Source: Sedimentisphaeraceae bacterium JB056 (lineage in GTDB: Bacteria; Planctomycetota; Phycisphaerae; Sedimentisphaerales; Sedimentisphaeraceae). From it: a stretch of DNA of 64,000 nt. Below are positions 20,228 through 30,370 of the stretch, piece by piece (position 1 is the stretch's first letter; each line of letters starts with the position of its first letter). Both the position numbers and the translations under genes were made by a program. The notes under the pieces were generated by a model. The model saw only the letters and a list, made by a program, of their open reading frames with translations, was not told the origin of the DNA and did no database searches. The stretch spans positions 102,173-166,172 of the forward strand of contig JBITAJ010000017.1 in assembly GCA_044440125.1 (NCBI GenBank), read 5' to 3'.

Positions 20228-21115
20228 ATGACTGGAAAAATACGGAAAAATGTTATTGCTAAAGGCTTTACTCTTATAGAGTTGCTGGTAGTTATCTCAA
20301 TCATCGCTGTTCTCATGGCTATTATGATGCCGGCACTTCGCAAGGCCCGCGAGCAGGCGTACAGAGTAGTTTGCGGGGCTAATATGAAGCAGATAGGTTC
20401 TGCTACCGGTGCGTATATGGCTGATAACAAGTATCTCTGGCATGATTTTAATTCAGGCGGGGGCGGACAGAATTATTGGGGACATAGAAATTATATTATT
20501 CATGCGTGGGGTGAGCCATACTATTCAAATACACCTGATTCATTCTGGGTAAGCCATGGTAAACTCTTCGATCAGGATTATGTCGGAACGGCGAAAGTAT
20601 TCTATTGCCCGGCTGATAAGATGAATGCGGGCACTTATGATCATCACTTCTCAGGTGATGAGCTTAAGCCGCAGTTTGAACGTAATTTTGTTCGCTGTAA
20701 CTACATTTCCAGAAACTTTAATCTTTATAAGGGAAAAGTGAGCTTGTTTAAGCCACTCTTGACCGCTGATAAAAATAATACAAGACATTTGACTCCTATT
20801 AAGTATTGTGACAGTAATATGTCAATACTTGCTGATCGCTGGACTTACAGTGCCGGTGGAACTCATGGTAAGAAATATTACCAGAATCTGTATGTAGACG
20901 GCCACGTTGAGTCCTATAATGATTCTGAAAATAATATTGCAGCTCTTGGTGTTTATATGAGCAGCGATATTGATCCTGAGATTCAACTAAATATTAATGA
21001 TCTTTTAAAGACTCCTCAAGAGGCTTTACGTGATGCAGAAGACCGATTTGGTGCTATAGCTACCGATCTTCAGTGGGCAGCCGGTTGGCTCTATTTTGAT
21101 CATCCGTCTGAGTGA
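20228..21115 (+). CDS. Prepilin-type N-terminal cleavage/methylation protein (planctomycete DUF1559-like pseudopilin)
   Basis: [48 protein letters not shown] motif. Confidence 0.92.
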   Translation: MTGKIRKNVIAKGFTLIELLVVISIIAVLMAIMMPALRKAREQAYRVVCGANMKQIGSATGAYMADNKYLWHDFNSGGGGQNYWGHRNYIIHAWGEPYYSNTPDSFWVSHGKLFDQDYVGTAKVFYCPADKMNAGTYDHHFSGDELKPQFERNFVRCNYISRNFNLYKGKVSLFKPLLTADKNNTRHLTPIKYCDSNMSILADRWTYSAGGTHGKKYYQNLYVDGHVESYNDSENNIAALGVYMSSDIDPEIQLNINDLLKTPQEALRDAEDRFGAIATDLQWAAGWLYFDHPSE

Positions 21116-21171
21116 TTTTTGCGATTTTAAGTTTTTTTTAAGAATAGTTTATTTAAGTCATAGGAATATAT

Positions 21172-23250
21172 ATGCCTACTAAAATTAGTAAGACAGCTCT
21201 TTTGCTGACTGTTTTTTTAAGCTTTTTGGGATTAGCTAACGCAGATATTAAAGAGCCAGATCTTACTGCGGAAGATATTTCGAATAGTATAAGACAAGAT
21301 TTGAAGCATCCATATCTTCATTTTACCGAAGCTGATAAACCGGCAATACGTGAACGCATACAAAACGATCCTATTTGTAAACGCATTTACGCAGAAATGA
21401 AGGAAAAGGCCGATTCTTACATAAACAGCAGTTCGCGTCCGCGTCGTCCCGATACTCAGGCTTTGGCATTTGTTTACCAGATGACAGGCGATAAGCGTTA
21501 TGCCCAGAAGGCTTTTGAGTATATGCCTGACGAATATCCGGAGATCATCGGCTCTTTTGATTTGAATAACAGCCGCAAGTGCCGTGGGCTTGCCCCGATG
21601 TACGACTGGCTTTATACCGGTCTTACCGAAGAGCAGAGAGCTCATTTGCGAACTGGCTTAGAGCGTCAGCTTGCATTAGTAAAAAATAATTATGACAAGA
21701 CGTGGTGGGTTACTGCATATAGATGCAACTGGAACATGGTGTGTAACAGCTCTGTCGGTGTTGCCGCTGCGGCACTGCTGGCCGACGATTCTTCATGGGC
21801 AGATGTTATGGCGGATGCCTATAACAGCATGTACAAGGCTTACGATGAACTTGGCAGAGACGGCGACTGGTGCGAGGGTGTTAATTACCGTTCCTACGGC
21901 GTTTTCGTATCTATGCTTTATGCAGATTCGCTTAAGATAATAACTGACGGCAAGCTCAATTTATTCGAACATGAAAAGATCAAGGCCAATCCGGTAAGCT
22001 TTATACTTCACACGCTGATACCTCCCGCTGCCGAGGATATGAAAATTGTTGATCCCAGAGGCAGAATCTGGAAGTCAGTCAATTATGAAGATTCCGGTGA
22101 CAAGCGTGAGGACAGCCCATTCACTTATAACAAAATGGCTCTCGAAACAGGTCGCGGAGAGGCAATCTGGATTCGCGATCATATTTTCGAGAAAGAAGCC
22201 GGAAGCAATGTATTTGATATAATCTGGTATAAGCCTGATATTCCGGCGAGCGTTCCTCAAATTGCTTCAAAACACTTCCGTGATTATGACTGGTCGATAA
22301 TGAGAAGTGATTTTGACAGTTATGATAAGGTGATCGTTTCTTCCGTTTGTGCCGAGCACTGGGATCCTACCAGAGAGGTATTTATAGTTCGTTTTCCCGG
22401 GGCAGATCCAATACCGGCTTCAGATAAGCCATATGGTATTGAGCTGAAAAAGAGTACGTATCATTTTTCTCATGGCCATCTTCATGCCGGTACTTTCAAT
22501 GTTTACTGGCAGGGACAGGCGTTTATCTGCGATCTTGGCGTACCTTCCTATCCGAAGGATTACTGGAGTGCTGATAGATGGGATCATATATTTGCCAACA
22601 GTTTCGGTCATAACGTAGTTCATGTTAATGATGAACCCCAGTATAGCGGCAGAGGCGTTGGCGGTGAAATAGTTGAATTCAGGACGAGCGAGGGCCGTGA
22701 TTATACACTTATGGATCCAACAGGTGCCTACAGAGGACAAGAGCTTAAAGGCTGGAGACGTCATCTTGTACTTGACAAACCGACAACAACCGTTGTTCTT
22801 GACGAGATCAAGGCTGAAAAAGGCGATGATATCAGTATACGTTTCCATTCGGATTGCGACACAGAGCATGTCGGCAGAGTGCTGATGCTCAACGGTGCCA
22901 ATGGCAAGATGGCTCTTATACCGGTTAACGATGAAATGTGGACATTCCAATCGGGACAGCACATTCTCAATAAAGATTATCCTGACTGGAGTAACTGGCA
23001 TAAGAAGTTTGAAAACAACATCAGGGAGTATACTGACGTTATGATTAAGGCGTCAGGAGAGAATACGTTGGCAGCAACTATTATACTTCCTGTTAAAGAT
23101 CTTGATGATGCAGAAAAAGTAGCGGCCTCGGCAACACTTAAAAAAGATTCCGATGGCATGGTAGTTATTTCATATCAGCAAAATGGTGAAACAAACGTAT
23201 TCGAATTTGCCAATAAGGACGGATACTTGAGCTTGAAAGATACGGAATAA
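21172..23250 (+). CDS. Heparinase II/III-like polysaccharide lyase (DUF4962-type N-terminus)
   Basis: Signal peptide; HPYLHF, YDWLY, NWN, EGVNY..Y, HGHLHAGTF, DLG...Y, GHNVV. Confidence 0.82.
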   Translation: MPTKISKTALLLTVFLSFLGLANADIKEPDLTAEDISNSIRQDLKHPYLHFTEADKPAIRERIQNDPICKRIYAEMKEKADSYINSSSRPRRPDTQALAFVYQMTGDKRYAQKAFEYMPDEYPEIIGSFDLNNSRKCRGLAPMYDWLYTGLTEEQRAHLRTGLERQLALVKNNYDKTWWVTAYRCNWNMVCNSSVGVAAAALLADDSSWADVMADAYNSMYKAYDELGRDGDWCEGVNYRSYGVFVSMLYADSLKIITDGKLNLFEHEKIKANPVSFILHTLIPPAAEDMKIVDPRGRIWKSVNYEDSGDKREDSPFTYNKMALETGRGEAIWIRDHIFEKEAGSNVFDIIWYKPDIPASVPQIASKHFRDYDWSIMRSDFDSYDKVIVSSVCAEHWDPTREVFIVRFPGADPIPASDKPYGIELKKSTYHFSHGHLHAGTFNVYWQGQAFICDLGVPSYPKDYWSADRWDHIFANSFGHNVVHVNDEPQYSGRGVGGEIVEFRTSEGRDYTLMDPTGAYRGQELKGWRRHLVLDKPTTTVVLDEIKAEKGDDISIRFHSDCDTEHVGRVLMLNGANGKMALIPVNDEMWTFQSGQHILNKDYPDWSNWHKKFENNIREYTDVMIKASGENTLAATIILPVKDLDDAEKVAASATLKKDSDGMVVISYQQNGETNVFEFANKDGYLSLKDTE

Positions 23251-23309
23251 TCATCATTAGACGTTTTAATGTTATTTCACTTATTAATTTTTTTCAAGGA
23301 GATTAAATT

Positions 23310-24170
23310 ATGAAACGATTGTTAATTGCGGCAGTATTGCTATTAGCTATTGCAGTCCCAGGTTATTGTGCAATAGCTCCGGGTGGTCCGGATGATTTTT
23401 CATCAGGAGCAGAGGTGATTTATGCTCAACCTGAGACAAGAGAAGTTTACGGTTCTGGAGCATTAGTACCTGGAGACGGCGGTAAGTGGCGAGTTGTATT
23501 TACAGATCCTGTAACCAGTGAAGCATGTAATGGTTCGCTGGTGTTGGTTTTCAGGCTTCCTGAAAGAGGCAGTCAGTTGATCGAAGCTCGATCTTTGATG
23601 TTCAAGCTCGGGTATATTTATAATAGCCGCGTGGAAAATGTGGATCTTTATGGCATAGATTATTTCGCGGCTTCGGAAGTTGCCGATCCTAACTTCGTAG
23701 TAAGCTCGGATATGTTCTATATCGGAGCATGGGGAGCTGATCCTGATGCTACTGCCCTTGACCAGGGCATAGTAACCACGGCAGACGTAGGCGGCGGCGG
23801 AACTTTAGATACCTGGTTTGCAGATAGTGCAGAGGGTGCCTTGCGTTTGAGCTGCTGGCTGAACAGCCTTTATGACGAAGGAGCTATAGCCGGTGATTAT
23901 GTACTCTTGAGACTCAACTACAGCTTGAAATACACCGTTTATACTAATCTCAACATCTTTGATAGCACTACGACTGATAACGTCAGGATCTATTACGATT
24001 TGGTAGATAATCTCTCTGAGACGTGTCCAGGTCCGGTTATTCCAGATCGTGAATGCACGGGGTTAGATGGTGATCTTACAGAGGATTGCATAATAGACCT
24101 TGATGATTTCGTTGTGATGGCCACTGACTGGCTAAGATGCGAAAGAATTCCTGATAGACTGTGTAACTAA
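23310..24170 (+). CDS. Secreted protein: one copy of the unassigned ~190-aa repeat domain plus dockerin-like C-terminal tail
   Basis: RBS aaggag, signal peptide; PETREVY...VFRLP...DLYG...FYIG...GDYVLLRLN; tail DGDLTEDCIIDLDDFVVMATDWL. Confidence 0.8.
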   Translation: MKRLLIAAVLLLAIAVPGYCAIAPGGPDDFSSGAEVIYAQPETREVYGSGALVPGDGGKWRVVFTDPVTSEACNGSLVLVFRLPERGSQLIEARSLMFKLGYIYNSRVENVDLYGIDYFAASEVADPNFVVSSDMFYIGAWGADPDATALDQGIVTTADVGGGGTLDTWFADSAEGALRLSCWLNSLYDEGAIAGDYVLLRLNYSLKYTVYTNLNIFDSTTTDNVRIYYDLVDNLSETCPGPVIPDRECTGLDGDLTEDCIIDLDDFVVMATDWLRCERIPDRLCN

Positions 24171-24202
24171 TCACATTACCAACCTTTTTTGGAGATATTA
24201 CA

Positions 24203-26164
24203 ATGAAATCAAGAATCATATTTCTAATTAGTATTATTTGTTTATTTCTCGCCGGTCCGGTTCTGGCAGAGGAGACAATCACGATAGATGTTGCACAGGA
24301 TGCGGCTATCAAGAGTGCAAGTCCGAATACCAATTTAAATGGGGATTGGTTATTTATATCGCCGGATAATAAAGCTTACATACAGTTTGATTTTTCTCAG
24401 TATGCAGGCACTGTTCTTTCTATAGCTAATTTAGAATTCAATTTCAATGCATCATATGCCAGAAATGCTCAGATTTATCTGATAACCGGTGATGGTGCCG
24501 ATGATTGGGATGAGTCAACTATTACCTGGAACAATGCACCCGGTAATGATACGAGCAGTACGGCGTACTACCTTAATGATGCAACATTTACAGCAACATT
24601 ACTTGGTTCGATTGAGCAGCCAGCTTCCGGCGGTTCTTCAACTGTAGGATTTCTGTGGGATAATGAAGCACTTAAGACTAATCTTATTAATGAACTCAAT
24701 ACCGGCGACAGGAAAGCTACTTTAGCGTTCAGCAGAAACAGCACAAGCCGTTTTGCTCAATATGCTTGTAAAGAGAATGTTGGGTATCATCCGGTAAGGA
24801 TTGATGCAACATTTGATACTCTTGCGTTGGCGGGTAACAGAATGACCGCGGAGCCGGAAACTCGTGAAGTTTATGCTGCAGGTGAGGTTATAGATACTGC
24901 TACTGAAGATCCTGAGACGGCAAGGATTGCTTTCACCAGTACCGGGATTCCTCTTTATGACGGTAACTTAATTTTAGCGTTTAAGCTTCCTGCATTGCCT
25001 GCCGGTAAAGTAATCAGCTCTGCGACATTTAACTGGTTCTATGTTGGACATGGATCAAGGGCATATCCCGCGCATGATCTTTATGGTCTTCCATTCAAAA
25101 CTGCAGCATCAACTCCTGTACTCAATACAGATTTCTATGTTGGAGCAAATGATACTGCTGCGTTGAGAATTGCAACAGATGTTACAGACTTTGACGCACA
25201 GGGACAGTGGCAGATGACAAACACTGAAAGCAAGAGATTGGCTGCTTATTTGCAGGCTCAGTATGATAACGGTGCTGTTGAAAATGACTGGGCATTGCTT
25301 AGGTTCAACCCTGTATCAATGATGAATCTGTATGTGCTTAATACAATAAAAGGCCCTAATGCATCTGATCCAACATTGCGTCCTTATATAGAGCTTGAAT
25401 TTGCTGATGCAAGTGAAGGCTACTGGAAGCCAGTTACTGTTTCAACAGACGCGGCTAATATTATAGCCAGCGGTGTTACTACAGCACAGCCCGACTTCTA
25501 TGTCGGTTCTACTACAGTAGATGATACGACTCAGGCTATAGAGGCTATATTCCCGTTTGAATTCCCTGAACTGGCATCTAATGAGTATGTTAATGCCGTA
25601 GCTTTTGCAATAGAAGCCTCTAATCCTTATGGTTTCCCTGGTCGTTATTTCGATATAGATATGTATGGTCTGGATTATCGCAGCAGCTCTTCTTTCGAGT
25701 CAAGTGATTATTTCGTTGGAGCATATGCTCTTCTGCCTGCCGAAGGACTTAACGGTACTCCAATATCAAGTGCACTGACAGAAGATTATGTCAGTTCTCA
25801 GCCTGCTATGGTAGGATTGGATGCGGATGCTTCTTCAAGAGCTGCCTGTTATATAAATGCACAGAAGGCTGCAGGAGCAACTTCTTCTGATTATGGTTTC
25901 TTCAGGCTTAATCCGAGATACGTTACTCTGTGGTATACAAGACAGGTGTTCTCAACTCCAGAGTTAGCTGTCAGAGTCGTAACTACTCAGCCGACTTGTC
26001 TGCCGACTCCTGATACGGAGTATGCATGTCCTATGATAGGATATGAGGATTATCCTGTGTCGGATCAAGATGGTGACTGTATGGTTACCTTGGCGGATCT
26101 GAAGCTCGTCTTAAGCGGATGGCTGACATGTACTGCCGAGCCGGCTTCTTATTATTGTCCTTAA
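24203..26164 (+). CDS. Secreted protein: DNRLRE/CBM96-like domain, two repeat domains, dockerin-like tail
   Basis: Signal peptide; AQDAAI...AYIQFD...WDESTITWNNAP (DNRLRE-type); two further related domains; tail DQDGDCMVTLADLKLVLSGWL. Confidence 0.8.
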   Translation: MKSRIIFLISIICLFLAGPVLAEETITIDVAQDAAIKSASPNTNLNGDWLFISPDNKAYIQFDFSQYAGTVLSIANLEFNFNASYARNAQIYLITGDGADDWDESTITWNNAPGNDTSSTAYYLNDATFTATLLGSIEQPASGGSSTVGFLWDNEALKTNLINELNTGDRKATLAFSRNSTSRFAQYACKENVGYHPVRIDATFDTLALAGNRMTAEPETREVYAAGEVIDTATEDPETARIAFTSTGIPLYDGNLILAFKLPALPAGKVISSATFNWFYVGHGSRAYPAHDLYGLPFKTAASTPVLNTDFYVGANDTAALRIATDVTDFDAQGQWQMTNTESKRLAAYLQAQYDNGAVENDWALLRFNPVSMMNLYVLNTIKGPNASDPTLRPYIELEFADASEGYWKPVTVSTDAANIIASGVTTAQPDFYVGSTTVDDTTQAIEAIFPFEFPELASNEYVNAVAFAIEASNPYGFPGRYFDIDMYGLDYRSSSSFESSDYFVGAYALLPAEGLNGTPISSALTEDYVSSQPAMVGLDADASSRAACYINAQKAAGATSSDYGFFRLNPRYVTLWYTRQVFSTPELAVRVVTTQPTCLPTPDTEYACPMIGYEDYPVSDQDGDCMVTLADLKLVLSGWLTCTAEPASYYCP

Positions 26165-26175
26165 TCTTTGAATAA

Positions 26176-26207
26176 AACTGGGGGCTGCGAGATCGCAGCC
26201 CCCGTTT
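26176..26207 (+). terminator. GC-rich intra-operon hairpin (terminator or mRNA stabiliser)
   Basis: gggggctgcga-ga-tcgcagccccc followed by a short gttt. Confidence 0.7.
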
Positions 26208-26250
26208 GAAATTTTACAGTTAATGATATTGTTTTTAAGGAGACTTTCTG

Positions 26251-28356
26251 ATGAGGAAATGCGGTTTGTTTGTATATATCATTTTAATACTGTTGTCTTT
26301 CAATTGTTACGGTCTGACAATTCAAGCGGATTCTGCTACGAGAGAAGTTCATGATGACACCTCTACTGTTTACAACAGTACAGCAACTACTTGGAATGTT
26401 CTTACCAGCAGTGCAGGAGGCAGATGTATTGTTTTAGCCTTTCAGTTGCCGAGTATTCCTGCCGGTAAGATGATAGGCGAAGCAGAATTCAATATCTATT
26501 ACAACGGCAGGTATGCTACAAGAGTAGGCCCAAAAGATTCTCTCTATGCAATACCTTACCGGACATCTTCGACTATAACTCTCAGTGATTATTTCGAAGG
26601 AGTGTTCTGTGATGATTTGACAGATGCAGTTGCAGTCGAGGACGATCTTGTCAGTTTTGATACGACCGGGACATGGCATACTACTGGAACATTCGGAAGT
26701 TTTCGTCTTAAAGATTATATTCGGAAACAATACGATGATGGAGCTCAGTCAGGCGACTGGATATTCATGCGTGTGAACTCGGAGCTTGAGGGTTACGACC
26801 TTTACAGCCGCCATGAATATGCCAGCATATATTATAATGGTGGAACTGTGCAGAATCCGAGCAGTTATGCTCCTTATATTGAATATACTCTTATAGATGA
26901 GAACAGTTTTGCGGCAGTTGAAACAACAGAAATCGCTGAGCTTCCTGAGCTGAACACATCGCTTTCTTCCACGCTCTTTACCGCTCCTATAGAGCAGGAA
27001 TGTTATTTCCTTTCTGAGCGTGAAAGGCTTGGCTATAAGCCTCGTTATGCTGTTAACAGCGTTCAGTTCGATTCTGATAACAGGCCTTATATGTTGGAGA
27101 AAAATGCGGTCTGCACACTTAACTCAAGTAATAAATGGATAAGGCTGAATTTCTCTGAAGAGCTTCAGGATGCTTTTCCTGACTGGGATGGGACTTATAC
27201 AACCTCTGGTGCAGGCTCAGATGACAGGGTGGTATTCGATGATGATGATGATGCGTATGTCCTTCTAAATCTAACCGATATCGGATACGTAATGATGCAT
27301 TCAACTGACAGTTGTAGAAACTGGGATATCATACCTTTATACGAATCCTCTTCAGCCGCAAGAATAGAGTATCGCGATAGCTACAACGATCTTTCCAATC
27401 CTCCTTCTATTGTAGTACGAACTTTGAGAGATGGTGTGTCCTCAGCTATTGATTTAATATGTCCAAGAAAAAGTAGTGGTATGGTAAGTTTGTCAAAACT
27501 TGTCAGGCTTACAAGCAGTATAAGCATTCTCGGAGGCGGACTCAACGCTGGAAAAGGGGGGACGAATTTAAGTGTGACACTTGGCAGCAAAACTCACGTT
27601 GTTTTTGCCGGCCGTTATACTGAGGGGACAGATCCGGGTACTCCTCAATATGCTGTAACTTATGACCGAAGCAGTGATACAGTGAGCTCGGCGTTCTATC
27701 TTGGCAGTGCCGGTGTTGGAGAGCCAGATGAACATAACTGGCCCGGCATATCACTTGACAGCAGTGGTTATCTGAATGCAATTATGGGTGCCCATGGCGG
27801 TGCAAGCGGGCAATGCTTCAAATATCGTAAATCAACAAATGTCAATAGCTCATCGAGTTGGGGTACATTGACAAATCTTACAAGTGGATTCTCATATCCA
27901 TCTATGATTTGTGATTACAGCAATAATCTTCATTTGGTCGCAAGAGATCATTGGGATACTTATGTGCAGAAGCTTAAATATATAGACAAGCCTTCCGGTC
28001 AGAGTTGGTCAACAACCAAAGAAGAACTTGTGGTGCCATATATTGATACAACGGTATCACAAACATACAATCGTTATGATCAGATATTGAACATAGACAG
28101 GAATGGTAACCTCTATCTTACATACTGGAATGGTTCAAGAGTTGTGATAGATGATACAGTCGCTGAAAATGCTTATTTAATGAAATGGCCTTGTGAGATA
28201 CTTTATGTAACCACCGAAGGTGAGTGGACAAGCAGTACAATGTATGATCTGCATAGTCCTGATGCGAGGCGTGGAGCCATACTTGTAAGCAAGGACGGTG
28301 GAAGCAGTTGGGAAATAGCTGTTACAGATGATTTCGTTTCAGAGATTAATCCTTAA
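26251..28356 (+). CDS. Secreted protein: repeat domain plus BNR_4-like beta-propeller (possible polysaccharide lyase)
   Basis: Signal peptide; ATREVH repeat domain; Asp-boxes STDSCRNW and SKDGGSSW; DEHNWPGISLDSSGYL...GAH. Confidence 0.7.
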   Translation: MRKCGLFVYIILILLSFNCYGLTIQADSATREVHDDTSTVYNSTATTWNVLTSSAGGRCIVLAFQLPSIPAGKMIGEAEFNIYYNGRYATRVGPKDSLYAIPYRTSSTITLSDYFEGVFCDDLTDAVAVEDDLVSFDTTGTWHTTGTFGSFRLKDYIRKQYDDGAQSGDWIFMRVNSELEGYDLYSRHEYASIYYNGGTVQNPSSYAPYIEYTLIDENSFAAVETTEIAELPELNTSLSSTLFTAPIEQECYFLSERERLGYKPRYAVNSVQFDSDNRPYMLEKNAVCTLNSSNKWIRLNFSEELQDAFPDWDGTYTTSGAGSDDRVVFDDDDDAYVLLNLTDIGYVMMHSTDSCRNWDIIPLYESSSAARIEYRDSYNDLSNPPSIVVRTLRDGVSSAIDLICPRKSSGMVSLSKLVRLTSSISILGGGLNAGKGGTNLSVTLGSKTHVVFAGRYTEGTDPGTPQYAVTYDRSSDTVSSAFYLGSAGVGEPDEHNWPGISLDSSGYLNAIMGAHGGASGQCFKYRKSTNVNSSSSWGTLTNLTSGFSYPSMICDYSNNLHLVARDHWDTYVQKLKYIDKPSGQSWSTTKEELVVPYIDTTVSQTYNRYDQILNIDRNGNLYLTYWNGSRVVIDDTVAENAYLMKWPCEILYVTTEGEWTSSTMYDLHSPDARRGAILVSKDGGSSWEIAVTDDFVSEINP

Positions 28357-28374
28357 CATTAGCGGAGGTATAAA

Positions 28375-30336
28375 ATGAAGAAGAATATCGGAATAATATT
28401 CCTGTTAATAAGTTTTGTATGTGCTTTGTCAAACGCCGGCTTGGTAGGTAAATGGACATTTGATGATTCAAATGATGTTGGATACGATTCAAGCACTAAT
28501 GGTAATGATGGTTCTTGCGAAGGGGACTGCGTAAGAAGCGTTGATTCTATATCGGGTGCAGGTTGTATTGAGCTTGATGGTGATGGTGATTATTTTCAGC
28601 TCTTTACTTGTGGGGGATTCAATGGCGATTTTTCAGCAGGACGGCTTACGTTTGGAATGTGGATAAAGCTTGATGATGCAACACCTGTTGCAAGCAAATC
28701 CGGTTTGGCTACACTTGGCAACTGGTCACGTCCATCACGTTATCCGGATGCCAATGGTGATATAAGTCTGGGATTATTTCTCAGCAACGGCAGTCAGGAA
28801 ACATCCGTGCCGCTGGAATGTGTGGATCTCGATCAATGGCATCATTTTGCTGTGACGGTTGACAGCCACAATGTTTCCTCTGGATATAAGATATACCAGA
28901 ACGGTCAGCTTGTCGATGCATTGCCTTTGGATGGGAGTCTGGGTGTATTTCTGGAACCTATTTCACCACGCATAGGGCTGAGCTATGATGTTTCCAGTGA
29001 CACTGCTTATTATCTTGATGGAAAGATAGATGATGTGGTGATGTACAACGATGTTCTCAGTCAGGCAGAGATAATGGATATTGTTGATGATGTCATTACC
29101 AGTCCTGATATTTGCACACCTTACAACAATGATATCGTTGAGTGTTCAGGCTGGACAAGAGAAATGTATTCTGACAGCACAGGCACACAAGGTGACTATT
29201 TGTATGAACGAACTGATGGCCAGTGGTATATAGGCTATACTAATGCATCTTCTATTAATAGCGACAGTACGGTAGGGCTTGTCTTCCAGTTGCCGGCACT
29301 TGGCAGTGGTAAAGCCTTTAGTGATGCTGTCTTGAATTTCTATTATGATGGATGGCGTCTGCGTTCGGGAACAGGCATTGATCTTTACGGTTCACCTTAT
29401 CGCACTTCAACACCTGTTGTCAGTGCCAGCGACTGGTATGTTGGTGCATGGGAAGGTGATGCTGTCTTTACCGCCATCCAGGAAGATATCATAACAAAGG
29501 ACAGCTCTGATCCTGATATGTATACTGGCTGGCAATGTTCCAGTAGTGCAGGACGTGAAGATCTGGCTTGTTATCTCAACGACCAGTATGCCGATGGTGC
29601 AGCGGAAGATGATTATGTGGTTTTGAGGATGAACCTTGAAGCGAGATATCACAGCAACTACTATAATCTTAACAAGATAAGAAGCGTTTACGCAACTCCA
29701 GATCTTTATGGACCGTATCTTGAGTATACTATTGTTGATGAAGCGGGAACAATGCTTGCGCTTCCTGAAACGAGAGAAGTACATGGATGTGCAGGGCCGG
29801 TTGAGAACACAGGCGGTACATGGCAGGCTGTTACCGCGGACAGTACATGTGACCCGGCTGAGAACGCTTATACAGTACTTGTGATGGCCTTTAGACTGCC
29901 GCCAATGCCTGCCGGTTATGAGTTTACTGATGCTGATATGAACTGGTATTATCATTATCAGAAGCGTACAGGGGGACCAATTGATGCCTATGGACTTGGT
30001 TTTAGAACAGGTGCAACGCCGAATATAACTTCCAATGATTTTTATATCGGTTATAATGATACATCTGATGCTACATTGATAGATACTGATGTTATAGATT
30101 TTGCAGCAGGTATTGGACGTTGGGAAAATTTAAGTACAAGCGGTGAGACTAACCTGGTTGATTATCTTAACGATCAGGTCGCAGCCGGCGCCAAAGCAGG
30201 CGACTGGATACTGATACGTTTCAATGTTGAATATAGATATACAACGTGGTATTCTGCTCATACTATAAGAAGCTGTTATTATGCAGATTCATCTTATACG
30301 CCTTATATACAGTACCAAATGTCTCCTGTTCAATAA
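28375..30336 (+). CDS. Secreted protein: LamG domain plus two repeat domains
   Basis: Signal peptide; LVGKWTFDD, QWHHFAVT, IYQNG, GKIDDVVMYN (LamG_3); then WTREMY and PETREVH domains. Confidence 0.85.
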   Translation: MKKNIGIIFLLISFVCALSNAGLVGKWTFDDSNDVGYDSSTNGNDGSCEGDCVRSVDSISGAGCIELDGDGDYFQLFTCGGFNGDFSAGRLTFGMWIKLDDATPVASKSGLATLGNWSRPSRYPDANGDISLGLFLSNGSQETSVPLECVDLDQWHHFAVTVDSHNVSSGYKIYQNGQLVDALPLDGSLGVFLEPISPRIGLSYDVSSDTAYYLDGKIDDVVMYNDVLSQAEIMDIVDDVITSPDICTPYNNDIVECSGWTREMYSDSTGTQGDYLYERTDGQWYIGYTNASSINSDSTVGLVFQLPALGSGKAFSDAVLNFYYDGWRLRSGTGIDLYGSPYRTSTPVVSASDWYVGAWEGDAVFTAIQEDIITKDSSDPDMYTGWQCSSSAGREDLACYLNDQYADGAAEDDYVVLRMNLEARYHSNYYNLNKIRSVYATPDLYGPYLEYTIVDEAGTMLALPETREVHGCAGPVENTGGTWQAVTADSTCDPAENAYTVLVMAFRLPPMPAGYEFTDADMNWYYHYQKRTGGPIDAYGLGFRTGATPNITSNDFYIGYNDTSDATLIDTDVIDFAAGIGRWENLSTSGETNLVDYLNDQVAAGAKAGDWILIRFNVEYRYTTWYSAHTIRSCYYADSSYTPYIQYQMSPVQ

Positions 30337-30370
30337 GGCTGAATAAGAAGATAATTGGATTACGGAAATT

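Noticed and set aside
22366..22385. 'PTREV' peptide inside the first lyase as another copy of the repeat domain
   Set aside because: None of the downstream consensus (F.LP, DLYG, GD..LR.N) follows; coincidental
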